Below, piece by piece: positions 1-13,745 of a stretch of 64,000 nt of DNA (positions are counted from its first letter, which is position 1; each line of letters begins with the position of its first letter). The stretch covers positions 13,206,001 to 13,270,000 of the forward strand of contig JBHGNT010000010.1 of NCBI GenBank assembly GCA_043228905.1. The letters run 5' to 3'. The notes under the pieces are model-generated. The model made no database searches and had not been told where the DNA came from. It worked only from the letters and a program-made list of their open reading frames with translations. Both the position numbers and the translations under genes were made by a program. The DNA is from Azolla caroliniana (taxonomy: Eukaryota > Plantae > Polypodiophyta).

Positions 1-302
1 GAACCGGCCGGAGTCGGACAAGAAACCGAACCGACCGAAGATGAAGAATCTAACACTGGAACCAGACAAGACCCCTAATCGGACTCGGATGAAGAATAGA
101 CGGTGGAACCTGTGGTCGAAAACTAAGGTCGGAGATACCCTCTGAGGGAAAAAAGAGCCCCCCGAAGATTCCTGGAAGAAGAGCGTATTTTACTGACCGA
201 CGGGGGGAGCCGGAAAGCTTTGAAGAACCAATGAGGGACACCCACAGTCGTAAGTGGTTGAGTGCCATGCAGGATGAAATAGATTTCCTGCATGAGAATC
301 AT
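1..302 (+). mobile_element. Ty1/copia pol fragment (INT-RT linker), related to element D
   Basis: Frameshifted translation resembles ...GEPESFEE...HSRKWLSAMQDEIDFLHENH, matching DEGELESFEEAKKDTHNHKWLSVMQDEMDSLHKNH in ORF 34252..34875. It runs off the window edge. Confidence 0.7.
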
Positions 303-3300
303 CCGGCATTTCCGGCCCAATTGGCATCCGTGTAGCTGACTAACTATCTGGCTACACCAGCCCGATATAGCAACACCTTGTCCTTAGTGCCGCCCACATA
401 TCACAAGATTTGATGCGCACACTGATGGTACTCAGTCTTTGGTTACGACATAAACTGACTTATTAGTCCGACCAGGTAGTTGAGATCCGGCACGGTGATG
501 GTCAAGTATATTAAGCTTCTGACTATCTGTCGGAACCGTGTCGAGGTCACAATTTGTTCCCAATCCTTGGCGAAGATTTACATTTCTATCCAGTGGAGTT
601 GTGATGGATTTACAATTTGTCATTCCGAACTTGAAGAGCATACTCAACACATAATGTCATTGGTTGATCAGTATGCCTTCCAGGGTGTGGATCACTTCGA
701 TCCCGAGAAAGTAATGAAGGTACTCGAGATCCTTCATCTTGAATGATGCTGCAAGTTGGGACTTCACGCGTCCGATTTCATCTAGGTTAGCGCCGACGAT
801 GACTAAATCATCAATGTAAAGAAAAATGCTTACCGGCCCCTTCCAACCCTTCCGGATGAAAAGTGAAGAGTCTGATTTCGACGTAACAAACCCAATCTAA
901 TGCAATCATTGCGTGATCTTCGCGTTCCAAGCACATGGGGCTTGCTTGAGTCCTTACAGGGACTTCTTCAGTCGGCAAACGGCCAACATGTTCAATCCGG
1001 ACTTAAAGTCGGGAGGTTGCACCATGTATACTTGTTCCTCAAGCTCTCCTTGTAGGAACACGTTCTTTACGTGCATTTGATGCAAGTGTCATCCCTTTGT
1101 CACCGCTACCTCAAGTAGCACCCGCACGGTTGTCATTTTGGCAACTGGGGTGAACGTTTTGTCGTAGTTGATACCGTGCTACTCTGTGTAGCCTTTGGCC
1201 ACCAGTCGGACTTGGTACCAGTTGACAGAGACGTCGGCATTGTACTTGACTTTGTACACCCACCTACACCCAATCAGCTTCACACCCTTTGGGGCATCAA
1301 CCAGGTTCCATGTCTCATTTTACATAAGTGCGTGCATTTCTTCCTCAATAGCGGCACACTAATTTGCATCCTTCCCCACTTCTGTGTAACTCTCCAGCTC
1401 ACAAACCTTTGCCACCTTCGCCATATACGCATAATGATTCGCCATATAGTCATTGTACCCATATCAGATTATAGGGTTCTTCTGGCAGGTTGATCGACAC
1501 AACTTCTGCGTCGCCGATTTCATGGTCCTCTTGGCCGACTCCAACCTCATTTCCGAAGGTCCAGCTTTCCTCCTAGCTGCTTCAGATTCACTCTGATTTG
1601 ATGCAATGACCTCTATGCCATACTCCGACATCTTCATCTTCCCCTTCTCTTTGCACGTAAACCATCTCCTTGGTTTCTAGCACAGGGACTACACAACCAA
1701 GTCTTCACTACTCGTCGGCTCATCATCTGACTACTCGTTCCGACTCAATCTCTCATTTGGCCCACTCAGCCGAAATGAGATCGAACTCTCCTCTTCAGTT
1801 CTGATGTCCCCCTTGTTCAGAGAGTTGACCTCACTAGCCTCAACTCCAACAATCGGCTCGGAGTCTTCGGGGGTCAGAAACGAAAAGGAGTACCAAGACG
1901 ACAATTCATCAAAGATGACATCAGGGCTCACCCACGCTTACTTTGTCAAGGGGTTATAGCACTTGTACCCCTTCTGCTCGTGCGAGTAGCCAACCAAGAT
2001 ACACTTCTTGGCCTTGGCATCCAGCTTTCTCCACTTCTCATCTGGCACATGCACATAAACAATGCTACCGAACACCCTAAGATGTCCCAAGTTTAGGTTG
2101 CACCCAAAATACAGCTCATGCGGCAACATCTTTGCTCCAGAAGGAGAAATTCGATTTTGTATGTAGGCGGCCATCCAGATCGCTTCGACCCAATAGATCC
2201 TGGGCATGCTCTTCTCCTCCAGCATTGCCCTGGCCGCTTCTACCATTGTCCAGTTCCGTCTCTCGGCCACGCCATTCTGCCCCGGCGTGTATCTGCAGGA
2301 GAACTCCCTCTGTATTCCCTTTGGTTGTAGATAGTTGGTGAACTAGCCGGAAAAGTATTCTTTTTGGTCATCTGACCTTAGACACTTGATTTTCCTTTCT
2401 GTTTCCCTTTTGACTAGACTTTTCAGGTTCCAGAAATAGGAGAAGACTTCTCTCTTCCTCTCAATGAGGTATATACCCAAGTGTGCTGACTAAAGTCGTC
2501 AATGAAGGAGATGAAGTATTGGCTCCCACCCATGCTCACATAGCTTACTGGTCCCCATACATCCGTGTGGATTAGATTGAACCGATTCTGGCTCTAATTC
2601 TTCTCATTGGGAATGGAAGTCTATGTTGCTTCCCAAGTTGACAAGCTTCACATATCTCGCCCCTCTGACCACTGAACTTCGGTAGTTTGGAAACCTCCTG
2701 CTTCAACTGAAGTTCTTGAAGCTTTTGATAATTGATCTGGCCTATCCGCTTATGCCACAGGTTGAGGTCCGATTCAACTTTTTGTCCTTTTGTAAGAATC
2801 AAGGCACCAACATCAGTCTAGAACTATTGTCAGCACTACTTCTATGTCTTCAGTCTTGCTCCTGTCGGTCGCCTCCATTGCATGCTAACCTGCCTCAGAC
2901 ACCATGACCACAGGGTCAATCCGCTTCCGTGCACAACATCTTGTTGTGGGCGTGTGTGCTCGTTGAAGCACCCGTGTGGTTCTCTTCAACGAGCAGCATT
3001 GACTACGGCGCGAAAAATGAAGGTGTATTCTTCCTCGTGCAGACCACCATTTGGAATGCGCCAAACTTTGACGCCAACCCTCCGAGGTAGACTTGGACCA
3101 TTTCGTCCTCCTTGATGGTCACGTTGACGGAGGTGACGGAGTCATAGATCTCCTTGATCTTGGATGTGTAATTTTTTATCCTGGGCTAGACCTTAGCTAC
3201 AAACACAATGTATTCCCTTCTGGAATACTTCTCCAAAGGTGTGATCGGAATGATGGATTAGTCCACAAACAATTATAGTTAAACCAGTTATGTATCCAGA

Positions 3301-4529
3301 ACACACATGCACATTATCTTATTGTTGATTACACACGTATGATTAAAACATGGAAGTATAGATGACAAGTACGCAAGATAGACAACAAAGATTATATTAC
3401 TGGCTCCTAATACATTCAATCTGGGTCCTTTATATAGACATTCGGTTCTGATACAAAACGGTGCATGCACCGACCGACAAGGTGCAAAACGGTGTGAATC
3501 CGGACCAATATATCCATCCAGATCCGTCCCCACGTAATAACATATTCCTAATTATTAAATATCTGACCCCTAGTTCACACCTCTAGTCCATACTCTCCTT
3601 TGGGCAACAGTAATCAGCCATCGACATATCTCTCTGTCAGACATTGCTCATCTCCTGTCTGAGCTATAGCTTTCTGGTTGTGATCTTTTTCAGATTTCCC
3701 CAATTATCATTTGGCATTTTGGCATCCTAGATGTAGCTCAATAGTTGGTCGTTCATACACAATGCAAAGCAGTAAAGAACTCTGTTTGCGGCCTATTCCC
3801 AAGTTGGGAAATCTTTCTGCGTCGAATCCGGTGCTACATCATTAGCTCCTTCGACATAACTCCAGTATCCGTGCATGAGCAAATACTGGTGCATCTTGTA
3901 CGACCAAGATGCATAGTTGCTTCTGTTGAGCTTCTCTGTCGACCTCCCATGCCTCAGTCCATGTTCCTATTGTTCTGGAAGAAGGAATGTCTCTATGTAG
4001 TCTTTGCTTTTCAGTCAGCTGCAGAGGATTCAAAACCCTCGTGCTTTGATACCATTTAAAAAGAGATAAGTGTGGAAGCATATGCAGAAGACACAGAGTA
4101 CACGATTGGTTATCCAGAAGAACTACAGTTAGATAAACAAAGAGGATATGAGAGATAGAGAGACTGACTGAGAGTAGACAACAACAAAAAGTCTTTGTAC
4201 TTGGTGACATATAACGTGTTCAATGAGCACTATTTATATAGGTTCTCAAAAGGCCTGATAGAAGTACTAACAAGTACTTCAATGCTCATAAAAGAGCCTC
4301 TGACACTAAGTGTCTATAATATGCCTATTTCCTAAAATAGGTCTAATCAACATGTCTGACATTTCGGAACGGCTTCCATAGCCGCTCCGTCATCCGGATC
4401 CGGTATCTGACATCATCTGCGGATTCGGCATCCGGTCCGAAAATTGGGCCTAGCCAACCTGTTTGATTCCGGTTTGATCTACCATCTTATCCAGGCGGTC
4501 CGGCCCATGTTGAGCTTGCTCACTCAACA
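303..4529 (-). mobile_element. Degenerate, 3'-truncated Ty1/copia element (family A-like)
   Basis: 5' LTR ~4055-4529 begins TGTTGAGTGAGCAAGCTCAACA on the minus strand. tRNA-iMet-type PBS TGGTATCAAAGC at 4043-4054. Gag remnants at ~2830-3167 and 3615-3960. Integrase remnants include LWHKRIG..CEACQLGKQ and HLRVFGS. RT remnants run to ~303. Many stops and frameshifts, and the protease region is deleted. Confidence 0.85.
3173..3609 (-). mobile_element. Solo LTR inserted into gag
   Basis: Minus strand starts TGTTGCCC. Perfect 5-bp TSD GTAAT at 3168-3172 and 3610-3614. Removing it restores gag ...ADY|TSKIKE. Confidence 0.85.
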
Positions 4530-5096
4530 ATCAACTACAGTTAACATTGGAGTTGGAAGCTAATGAGAGGGAGAGAGTCCAGCGGAAGAAGTAGCATATC
4601 AGGGACAACCAAGCCGATCGGATAAATCTTAGTGATGAAGAGCAACTAGAAGAGGAGCCGAAATAGATGCACACGAAGGAGGAACAGTCGAAGCAACGTG
4701 CAGAACAGCCAGAGGATCAAGCACCGACACAACAGAGGACTAAAGATGAGGAACTGCGACAACAAGAGAGAGAGTAATATTACCGGCTACCTATTTAAGG
4801 GCTTGAATTGTACATAACAAGAGAGAGAGTAATATAATTCATTGATGTTATATATTGTGTGTGCTTGCCTTCTTCACTTCTATGTATTGATCTTACGCAT
4901 GTTAATCTATATTCGGATTGTGTATCGAAGAGAATGACGGATAACCGGATAGTGTATATATCGAAGAATGTAACCTGATGACTTGTAATTGTATGTGCAC
5001 ATAATTCCATCCCTCTGACAACACCTTTGAATAGTATTCCGGAAGGGAATACATTGTGTTTGTGACTAAGACTTAGTCCAGGATAAATATTTCACA
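4530..5096 (+). mobile_element. Truncated LTR related to the solo LTR at 3173-3609
   Basis: TATA-like CTATTTAA at ~4790 and a ...TTCACA end. 5021-5087 is close to the reverse complement of 3175-3242. Confidence 0.55.
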
Positions 5097-5099
5097 TCA

Positions 5100-6500
5100 A
5101 TTTGTTGCTTCCGACTTATTGAACCTCCCAATGACATGTTGGTTGTTGCCAATGCACCCATAGATAAGAGCAGTTCCTTTTGAAAATCTACCATGAGTTG
5201 CCGACAATGCTCAAGAGTTGCATTGTTCATTGTGCCCCATACTTGCTCGAGAAGTTGAAGTGCTTACATAGTTTGATGTGTTTCTAACTTTATTTCTTCC
5301 CTTTCGTCAACTTCTACATTCATCTCGACTTCTGCTTCTTGTGTCGACTCTAGTTCTCTATCCTTTGTGGCATCATCCATTTGCATTTGGGATGTATAAT
5401 CTATAAATGGTAATGATCCACATAGTGATGGCATATGTCTCTCAATGATCATCCGAATGGCAAGCAAATGCTTACATTTACTTGCAAAGTATTGGCAATC
5501 ACAATATGAACATTGGAGTGAGACATTGTACCATACAATGGGAGTGGTCATGCTCAATATTCAAAATGAATATCGGACCTCATCCACAATATGCACTGAG
5601 TTGTTATTGGTCACATATCTTTCTAGTATCCTCTCAACCTCTTAAAGTCTTAACCTTTGATCCTTACAATTTGCACGGGATTGGAATCTACCACTCTCAC
5701 ATATCTTCGTCATTGCATGTACCATTCTACCACGGTCCGCCGATGCAAGTGCCAGAGACATTGTCCCCGATTATGACATGCACAAGATCAGTAATCGGCT
5801 AGTTTATTCTTCCTCTCAAGGTAAGTGTACTTGAGAAATTGCCAATTCTCTCCACAACATTGGCAGTGTCAACATGTCCATAATTGAATAGTCTACCAAG
5901 CTTGGGCCATAGACTCCTCCAAACACAAGTTTTTCCACACCATGCACCTTCGATATATTGCTAAACTCTAGGTTTGCCTGGGTATTCTTTCTGTACCTCC
6001 TCACACATAGCATTGAAGGATGATTCGTTAATACAATGCATAAGTTGGCACACCTTTGATAGAGGGGGGTTTCTTTCAGCAACACTCACTTTGGGCAACA
6101 AGTTGTCAACCCATGATTTTTTAGCATGGAATTGACATGATAAAAGACGACATTATATGATGTCCAAGATATGGCATTATATGATGTCCAAGATCTATCA
6201 ATAACTATAGCATTTGGCCTTACCCTAGGCATCCTAGCAAATATGACTTTCAAGCCAGTTTCTGATGCCACTTGCGCATGATTTGAGCCCTTATCCATTT
6301 ATCTTGAAGTATCAAGATAAATGGTTGTTGAGCTGGAGATCCATTTGGACCAAGCAACTATGGCTGGACATGTGCCACTTTTCTTAGATCTCGAAGTGCA
6401 TAGGCATCTTGCATCATCAAAGACCAATCAACTTTTGACAATGCACTTCCTATTTTTAACTGTTGCTCATGTTATGTACCTCCTTTGGTATCATAAAGAA
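5100..6500 (-). pseudogene. MULE/Mutator-like transposase remnant with SWIM zinc finger
   Basis: ORF 5264..5557 has YNVSLQCSYCDCQYFASKCKHLLAIR (SWIM pattern CxC..CxH). ORF 6086..6298 has RPNAIVIDRSWTSYNAI, resembling the second catalytic Asp block of MULE transposases. The reading frame is fragmented. Confidence 0.6.
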
Positions 6501-7668
6501 ACTAAAAGTGACAAGTTCTAATGGAGTAGCCTTGGAATTGTGATATGCTTCTTTTCGCATACTCATACGTCCAACATGCCTTGCACACCCAACATAAAAA
6601 AGGTCATCTTTACAACATTCTATTACAACATAAAAAATATAATATATTGTGGGCAAATTACATGTCAGAAATTTACAATACCTACAAGGCATTCACAAGC
6701 CCAAAATGGCAAAACAATCAACTTTAATACCGAGAGTCAAAACAAGTTTGTTTACACGCCCCATATGGCTTTGAAAAAAGAACCAATATTACATCTTCGA
6801 GATACAAGTGTGGCTATTTCAAGTAACCTAATTACAATACCGAGGGATAAAATAACAACATGTACAAACCATATAGGGGATGGCAAAAAACAATATGAGG
6901 TTACAAGTTCAGAGAAAATCTGCCGCGCCGACTTAGCGATCGTAAGGCAGAGGAGCTAGATGTCATCATCACCATACCAGTGCTCAGATCCCTACCAAAT
7001 AGGATTTATAAGCACCAACAATCAAGTATGACTATACAAAACTAGAATTATAAGATTCATGGACCATGTCAATGCCATATCTTTGTGGGTGCACATTGAT
7101 TGCAATTCACCTTCCCCGATGTAAACGGACAAATCCAACCTTCTACAAAAAAGTTGGAATCTATTCTGCGTCATAAAATTACAACATGAAAATACCCTTC
7201 AAATGTTGATCACTAGGGCACTAAACCAGAATGTACAACCTACCACCTAGTGAATGTCTTTCCATTTGTCATGGATAGGGATCTGATGACTTTCCCACAT
7301 GCAACTTGAATGTAGCCAACATCTTTGTAATCCTCCTCTAACTCAGATGGAATCCGTACACATGAGGTCGGGTCCAACTTTGGCCATCTCGCTGGGATTT
7401 TGGGTCTAATCGGTGGGTATGATTCCAAGTCAGAATGTGTCTTATGCCCACTGGTAGTTGAAATGTCCCCATCTTCTTTGTCCATTTGCACCTTCCTAGC
7501 CCTACACTGCAAGGTATCAGATTAGCAACTTATTATTAGTTCGATGAGTATTATTAAAAATAGGTCAACCCAAAATACAATACTTATATAAGAATCGCAA
7601 CCTTTCACAATCTTGGCATTAATCTTCTCCATCCGCTTTTCTTTTGTAGAATCGTAATTCTCGATCCC

Positions 7669-8248
7669 ATGGTTGTAAGGTGTAGTACAAATTCTGCCTC
7701 CATGCAGGTTCGGAGATCATTAGGGATTGCATTGTATTCTTGAAGTGTTTTTTTCTTGAAGGGGCATGTTGAGAATCAAACTCAACCTAAGTCTAGTTTG
7801 TGAACACGCCTTTTTGAGAATGTATCTACACTTAGAGGTAAAAGGTCACCACTACTTTCTAACATTAATTGTGCCATAGAATCATATTCTATGACACATA
7901 ACTAATGAGTTTCCCAATTCCCCATGACACATGAGCTTCTATAGTTGCTAGAGAGCGAATGGTTGTAAGGTGTAGTACAAATTCTGCCTCCATGCAGGTT
8001 CGGAGATCATTAGGGATTGCATTGTATTCTTGAAGTGTTTTTTTCTTGAAGGGGCATGTTGAGAATCAAACTCAACCTAAGTCTAGTTTGTGAACACGCC
8101 TTTTTGAGAATGTATCTACACTTAGAGGTAAAAGGTCACCACTACTTTCTAACATTAATTGTGCCATAGAATCATATTCTATGACACATAACTAATGAGT
8201 TTCCCAATTCCCCATGACACATGAGCTTCTATAGTTGCTAGAGAGCGA
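7669..8248. repeat. 290-bp tandem duplication spanning the 5' boundary of element B's LTR
   Basis: 7669-7958 and 7959-8248 appear identical by eye. The unit is 98 bp of flank plus 192 bp of LTR. Confidence 0.95.
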
Positions 8249-11136
8249 GTGAGTGGTTTAGTGAGATGGTGACCTTATATCAAGCACCTCCGCCTACTTT
8301 GTAATTGTCGGTTAATCTTCCATGTAATGCTATTTTCTTTGTACTTGCTATTCTCTACTCCTCGTCAATATACATCTTGAGTATTCTATTTTCCTATATA
8401 TCTTGTGTCTCTCCTCTTTCACACACACATAACACACATCTCTAATCTATTCCGCTGCACAAAATCACACTTGATTCTTTACATGGTATTAGAGTGATTT
8501 GGTAGCTCGATCTAGCCCATCCTCGTGTGTTGTGTTCTACGCCAACGATTCAAGAAGAACCAGCTCATCGCTATCGTAGTGTCACTACATAACTTGCGTC
8601 TGAGAGAAGAAAAAGAAGGAAATCTACATCGACCATCATGAATACTCAAATGGGTAGCTCTCTTCCCAATGAGAAGTTGAATCAAAACATCTTTACATCT
8701 TGGGAATACAAGATGCACCAATACCTTGTCGGACAAGGCTATTGAGGCTACATTCAAGGAGCACAAGAAAACAAACCCAACCCAAAGGACATCGACTACT
8801 CAACATGGGAGCAAACCCAATCCAAGACACCGAAAGAAGCTTGGGAGAATCTCAAGAAAATATTCTCCGCCAATACAACAGCATGGAAGCTTCAACTCTG
8901 CCAAGAGTTGAACTATGTCCAACAAAGGGACATGTCCATGACAAGCTACACCTTGAAGATCAAGGAGCTTTGTGATTCATTCAGCTCAATAAGGGTCAAT
9001 GTGGAGGATGATGAGATGGTGCAGATATGCCAAGGTGCCCTCGCACCACAATTCAGCACGATGAGAACCATCGTCCTAGCAAGAGAGAATCCTCCCTCTT
9101 TCTTCGATGGAGGAAGAGGAGGCGATCGTGCAAGAAGAGGCCAATTCGTCCAAGGACGAGGAGGACGAGGTACAACCTATGAAAACAACTCCCAATTTCC
9201 GCAAGAAAGTGGAACACAATCGAGGAACATTCGGAAGAAGGGGGAGCTTCCATCAAATATGGATATTGAGGCAAAATCAACCACCATGAATAGGAGTCTC
9301 GAAAGAAGAAGAGTGAGTTCGCTTCTACAAGCCAGAAACTCACCAATTATGCCACCAACTCCAAATACGATGACTATGGTGGATTGTTTGTAATGAGACA
9401 TAGTGTAAACCCTATGTCGACCCCCGACCCGACCAAGACCTCTAATTCGGAAGGCGTATGGTTTGTCGACTCTTGCACATCAAACCATATGATGTCTCAT
9501 AAGGAATGGTTCCGAGACCTACAAGAGCCAGATCGACCCGGCTATGTCGAGACTGGACATGATACCACTCACCCCATTCGGCATGTCGGCAATGTCCCAT
9601 TTGGGAAAGACGAAGAACAAACTTGTATCAAAAATTTCTTGCATGTACCGACCATAACGAAGAATTTGGTCTCGGTCAACCAAATTATGAAGCAAGGCAT
9701 GCAAGTCCGATTCAACCAAGACGGTTGCTTCATTGAGAAGGAAGGTTGACTCATTGATCATGGTCGAAGGGAAGGTCGAATATTCATCCTCAAGTCGAAC
9801 GAGGTAAAATCGACCATGTTCGCAAAAGACCATAAAGTCGACGCCGACATTGAATTGTGGCACAAAAGAATCGGCCACATCAACATCCAAAAGCTCAAGG
9901 GGATGCAATCAAAAGGAGTCATCATCAGACTCCCTACATTTAAAGAAAAGTAAAACAATGGAGTATGTGAAGCTTGCCAATTCGGCAAGCAACATCGGCA
10001 CCCGTTCCTGAGAGAGAGGAATGTGAGAAAAGGCCTACTAGATGTAATCCACTAAGATTTGTGGGGACCTACTCAAATGGCAACATTCAGAGGATGTCCA
10101 TATTATGTTAGCTTTATCGATGACTTCTCCAGGCACACTTGGACCTTCCCTACGAGGCAAAAGAGTGAAGTGTTCGCACACTTCCAAAAAATCAAAAGTG
10201 GAGTAAAAAAGGAAACAGGTTGGCATGTTAGATTCCTTCGGTCGGACAAAGGAAAAGACTAATTCTCGGATGAACTTTTGACTTATCTTTGGAAAGAAGG
10301 AATTCAGAGAGAGTTTACGTGTTTACACACACCGCAATAGAATGGAGTGGCCAAATGCAAAAATCGGCACATCCTCGAAGTAGTAAGGGCCATGTTGAAC
10401 GAGAAGCACATGCTGAAGTCATATTGGGTTGAAGTAGAATGCACAACCGTCTACCTAATGAACCAATGTACAACATCCAACATGCACAAGGTCACCCCTC
10501 AAGAGAAGTACTATGGAAAGAAGTCGGATCTATCCCATGTAAGGATATTTGGATCAATTGCATTCATGCACATTCCCAATGAAAAGTTGCAAAAGCTAGA
10601 CCCCAACTCGGAGAAATGTATCCTTGTAGGATACTCACTGGAACAAAAGGGGTACAAATGCTTCAACCCCTCTACTCGGAAGGTTCGCGTAAGTTGGGCG
10701 TAGTCTTTGGTGAATTGGCATCTTGGTACGAACTCGAGCCAATTCCACTCGAATCATTTCCGATCAACCTTGATGACACAAAGGAAAATGATCAACTAAG
10801 GTCAATACCCGAGGAAAATCCAATCTCAACCAGATTGAGTGAACCACAGGAGCCTCCAAGCAAGCAAAGCATGTCAGGACCAAGTCTGAAATCGGACAAA
10901 GGAAAGGAAAAAATGTTGGAATATGAAGATGATCAATCCGACGGCAATGAATTGGCTCACTCACTCGACAATGAGCTTGATGGTTTTGATGTGCCTATTA
11001 TGAGGACACTTGGTGTGCAGAAAGCCATTGCCATGGCAAATGAAAAACTTCAACGCTACACATTTGAGAAGAATCCAATTAGTCGATTCGGCTACAATGA
11101 CTACGTGGCATACCACTATGCCTTTATGATGAAGGT

Positions 11137-12291
11137 TGTAAATGTGAACGTGTGGAAACGTATTACAAACCCGCTCTCCTGGATAGCAACAGTCAGAGAG
11201 AAAGGTTCAATGGAATCTTAACACACAGAATATGCGCGGGAGAGACAGAGAAAGAGCAGAACATAAAGTCTATTAAAAGATAACTATGTATCACTCTGTA
11301 TGTACAATATTCTTGACAACACTATTTATACAAGTCATTGGAGGACTATTGACAACCTAGTCTAGTGTGTGAACACACCCTTGAGAGTGTGCACTCAAAG
11401 GTCAAAAGTCACCACTCTTATCTACACATTAACTATGTGTCATAGAATCATATTCTATGACACATAACTAATGAGTTTTCACATTCCCCATGACCCATGA
11501 GCTTCGGTAGTTAATGAAGAGAGAGAGTGACTATATAAAGCACTCTCATCCTACTTTGTAATTAAGTCGATTAATCTCCTTTGTAATATACATCTTCTTG
11601 AGTATTCTATTGTCTCTCTAATCTATCTTGTGTTTCTCTCTCACTCACTCACTCTCTCTCTCTCTCTCTCTCTCTCATACACACACACTCACAACACATA
11701 TCTCTAGTCTATTCCGCTGCACAAGAATCACCATCGATTCTTTACAAGGACTAACAGAAGTACCATGTACTTCGATGCTCATATGAGCGACTAACACTAA
11801 CTATGAGGACTCTGACTACCTAGTAGTCTAGACGCATGTAGGCTACTACTAGCCTTCCGGTTCACATTTGTATCCGGCTCCCCGATCCATCTCGCCGATC
11901 CGGCTCTTGGTTCTGGATGTCATTTGGATATCATCTGGTTCTTTGCCCGGATACCGATCCGGCTCAAGCTTACCCAACCGATCCGGATCCGGTTGAGTTT
12001 GCTCCCTCAACACTCCCCATCAAGCTAAACTTGAGGTTGGATCATGGTGTTAGTGTCTGTAGTAGATGGTCCTTCCATCCAGCTCCTTTTGGCGTCGTCC
12101 CGCCTTGATCGTGCTCCTCGTCCAGTCAGATCCCATTTCCCGCGACCCTTCTAGTTCTGTGCACCTCGACATCCTCAGTCAGCTTGTCTACTCAGCAGGC
12201 CCATCTCAGCTCCTTCGCTGCTACAACTTCGGCGCTTGTCAACCCATTGGTTCCTCCGTTTCAGTGTCGACTTCCGCAGCCTTCTTGTCCA
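11137..12291 (-). mobile_element. 3' fragment of a family C copia (3' internal region + PPT + 3' LTR)
   Basis: LTR 11137-12012 is homologous to the reverse complement of 22121-22605. The PPT starts at 12013. 12013-12290 is homologous to ~33340-33630. It is flanked by a 45-bp direct repeat. Confidence 0.85.
11347..11746 (+). mobile_element. Solo LTR related to family B, inserted in the family C LTR
   Basis: Runs TATTGAC...TTTACA with perfect TSD AGGAC at 11342-11346 and 11747-11751. It shares blocks with 8057-8483 and contains a (CT)n tract. Confidence 0.9.
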
Positions 12292-13574
12292 CTACAATGA
12301 CTACGTGGCATACCACTATGCCTTTATGATGAAGGTGATAGTTGTTCGTGGACTAGAAAGCTTTTCCAAAGATGCTAAAGATCCACGATAGGTCAAAGCA
12401 ATGAACGAGGAGATGCAAGCTCTCAGTAAGAACGAGACATGGGATCTCGTCCCTCACTCACCTCACAAGAAGGCAACCAGCTGCAGATGGATATTCAAGG
12501 TGAAGTATAATGTCGACGGCTTTGTCAATCACTATAAATCCTGACTCGTAGGAAAACGATATGCACAGACACATGGAGTCGACTATGAAGAGACCTTTGA
12601 TCTGATGGCAAAGCTAATGACAGTTTGAACCGTGATTGCACTTGCAATGGCAAAATGGTGGCACCTCCACCAGATGGACGTAAAGAATGTCTTTCTCCAA
12701 GGAGAATTAGAAGAGAACGTGTACATGGTCCAACCACTTGGCTTTGAATCCAACAACCATCCGAAAGCAATCTGTTGACAAAAAAAGTCTCTCTACAGCC
12801 TCAAATGAGCACCCAGAGCATGGCGCTCGAAGATAACATAGTATTCGATAACTCCCTCTACATAAGAAGCAATTCTGGAAGCTCGATTGTCATCATCCTA
12901 TACGTGGATGATCTGGTCATTGGAGGTGAGCATCTAGTTGACATCAACAAGGTCAAGTCCCTTCTCTCTAGCAAATTCAACATGACAGACATGAAAGAGC
13001 TCCACTACTTCCTTAGTATAGAAGTAATTCGGACCCTGAGTGACATTATGATCTCCCAACAACACTACATCCTGTCAAGAGAGAGAGAGAGAGATAATTG
13101 AAAGAGAATTACTATATTGAAGAGTAAAATGGATTACAAAGAGTAGGCTACAAAATGGCGTTGAACCAATTTAGGTTTGGGATGAGTGGTAGATCCCTAT
13201 TTATAAGTAATAGAGAACACTCTAGAATATTCTAGGTTATCCTAGAATGTAGAGTAATCTAGAAGATCTCTAGAGTATTCTAGAATGTTCTAGTGGTATA
13301 GAACACTCTAGAATATTCTAGGTCATTCTAGAATGTAGAGTAATATAGAATATTCCTATGATATTAGATTTCATATTCTAAAAACGATACATATAAGAAT
13401 ACTAATACAATGGTTAAGGATTTGACATGTGTACAACAAGGTCTTGGGTTCAAATCTTTTCGAGTCATAATGTGAGTGTCATGATCCATTCGATGCATGA
13501 TGTGAGTGTTATCATGACACTATCCCCCTTCTTCGACGACACGTCCCACGGGTCGTAGGGTTTGTATTAGGACA

Positions 13575-13745
13575 TGGTTTACAAGGATATTGGCGATGAA
13601 ATGCAATGATGAGTTCCGCAGCATTGGAAAGATTTGCAGCAGGTTCCCAAGTTCGATCATTGGGGGTATAGCCTAGCCAATCGACTAATACAACTTGTTG
13701 CGCACGATTTTAGAATCGAGAACGGCAGCAACTTCAAATTCGGGT
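13575..13745 (-). pseudogene. Integrase C-terminal chromodomain (frameshifted)
   Basis: Translates EFEVAAVLDSKIVRNKLY / VDWLGYTPNDRTWEPAANLSNAAELIIAFH, the canonical chromodomain pattern (W.GY...TWEP). Confidence 0.85.

Noticed and set aside
6151-6194. 24-bp-period tandem duplication in the MULE-like remnant (SWTSYNAI repeated)
   Set aside because: Ordinary slippage decay in a pseudogene.
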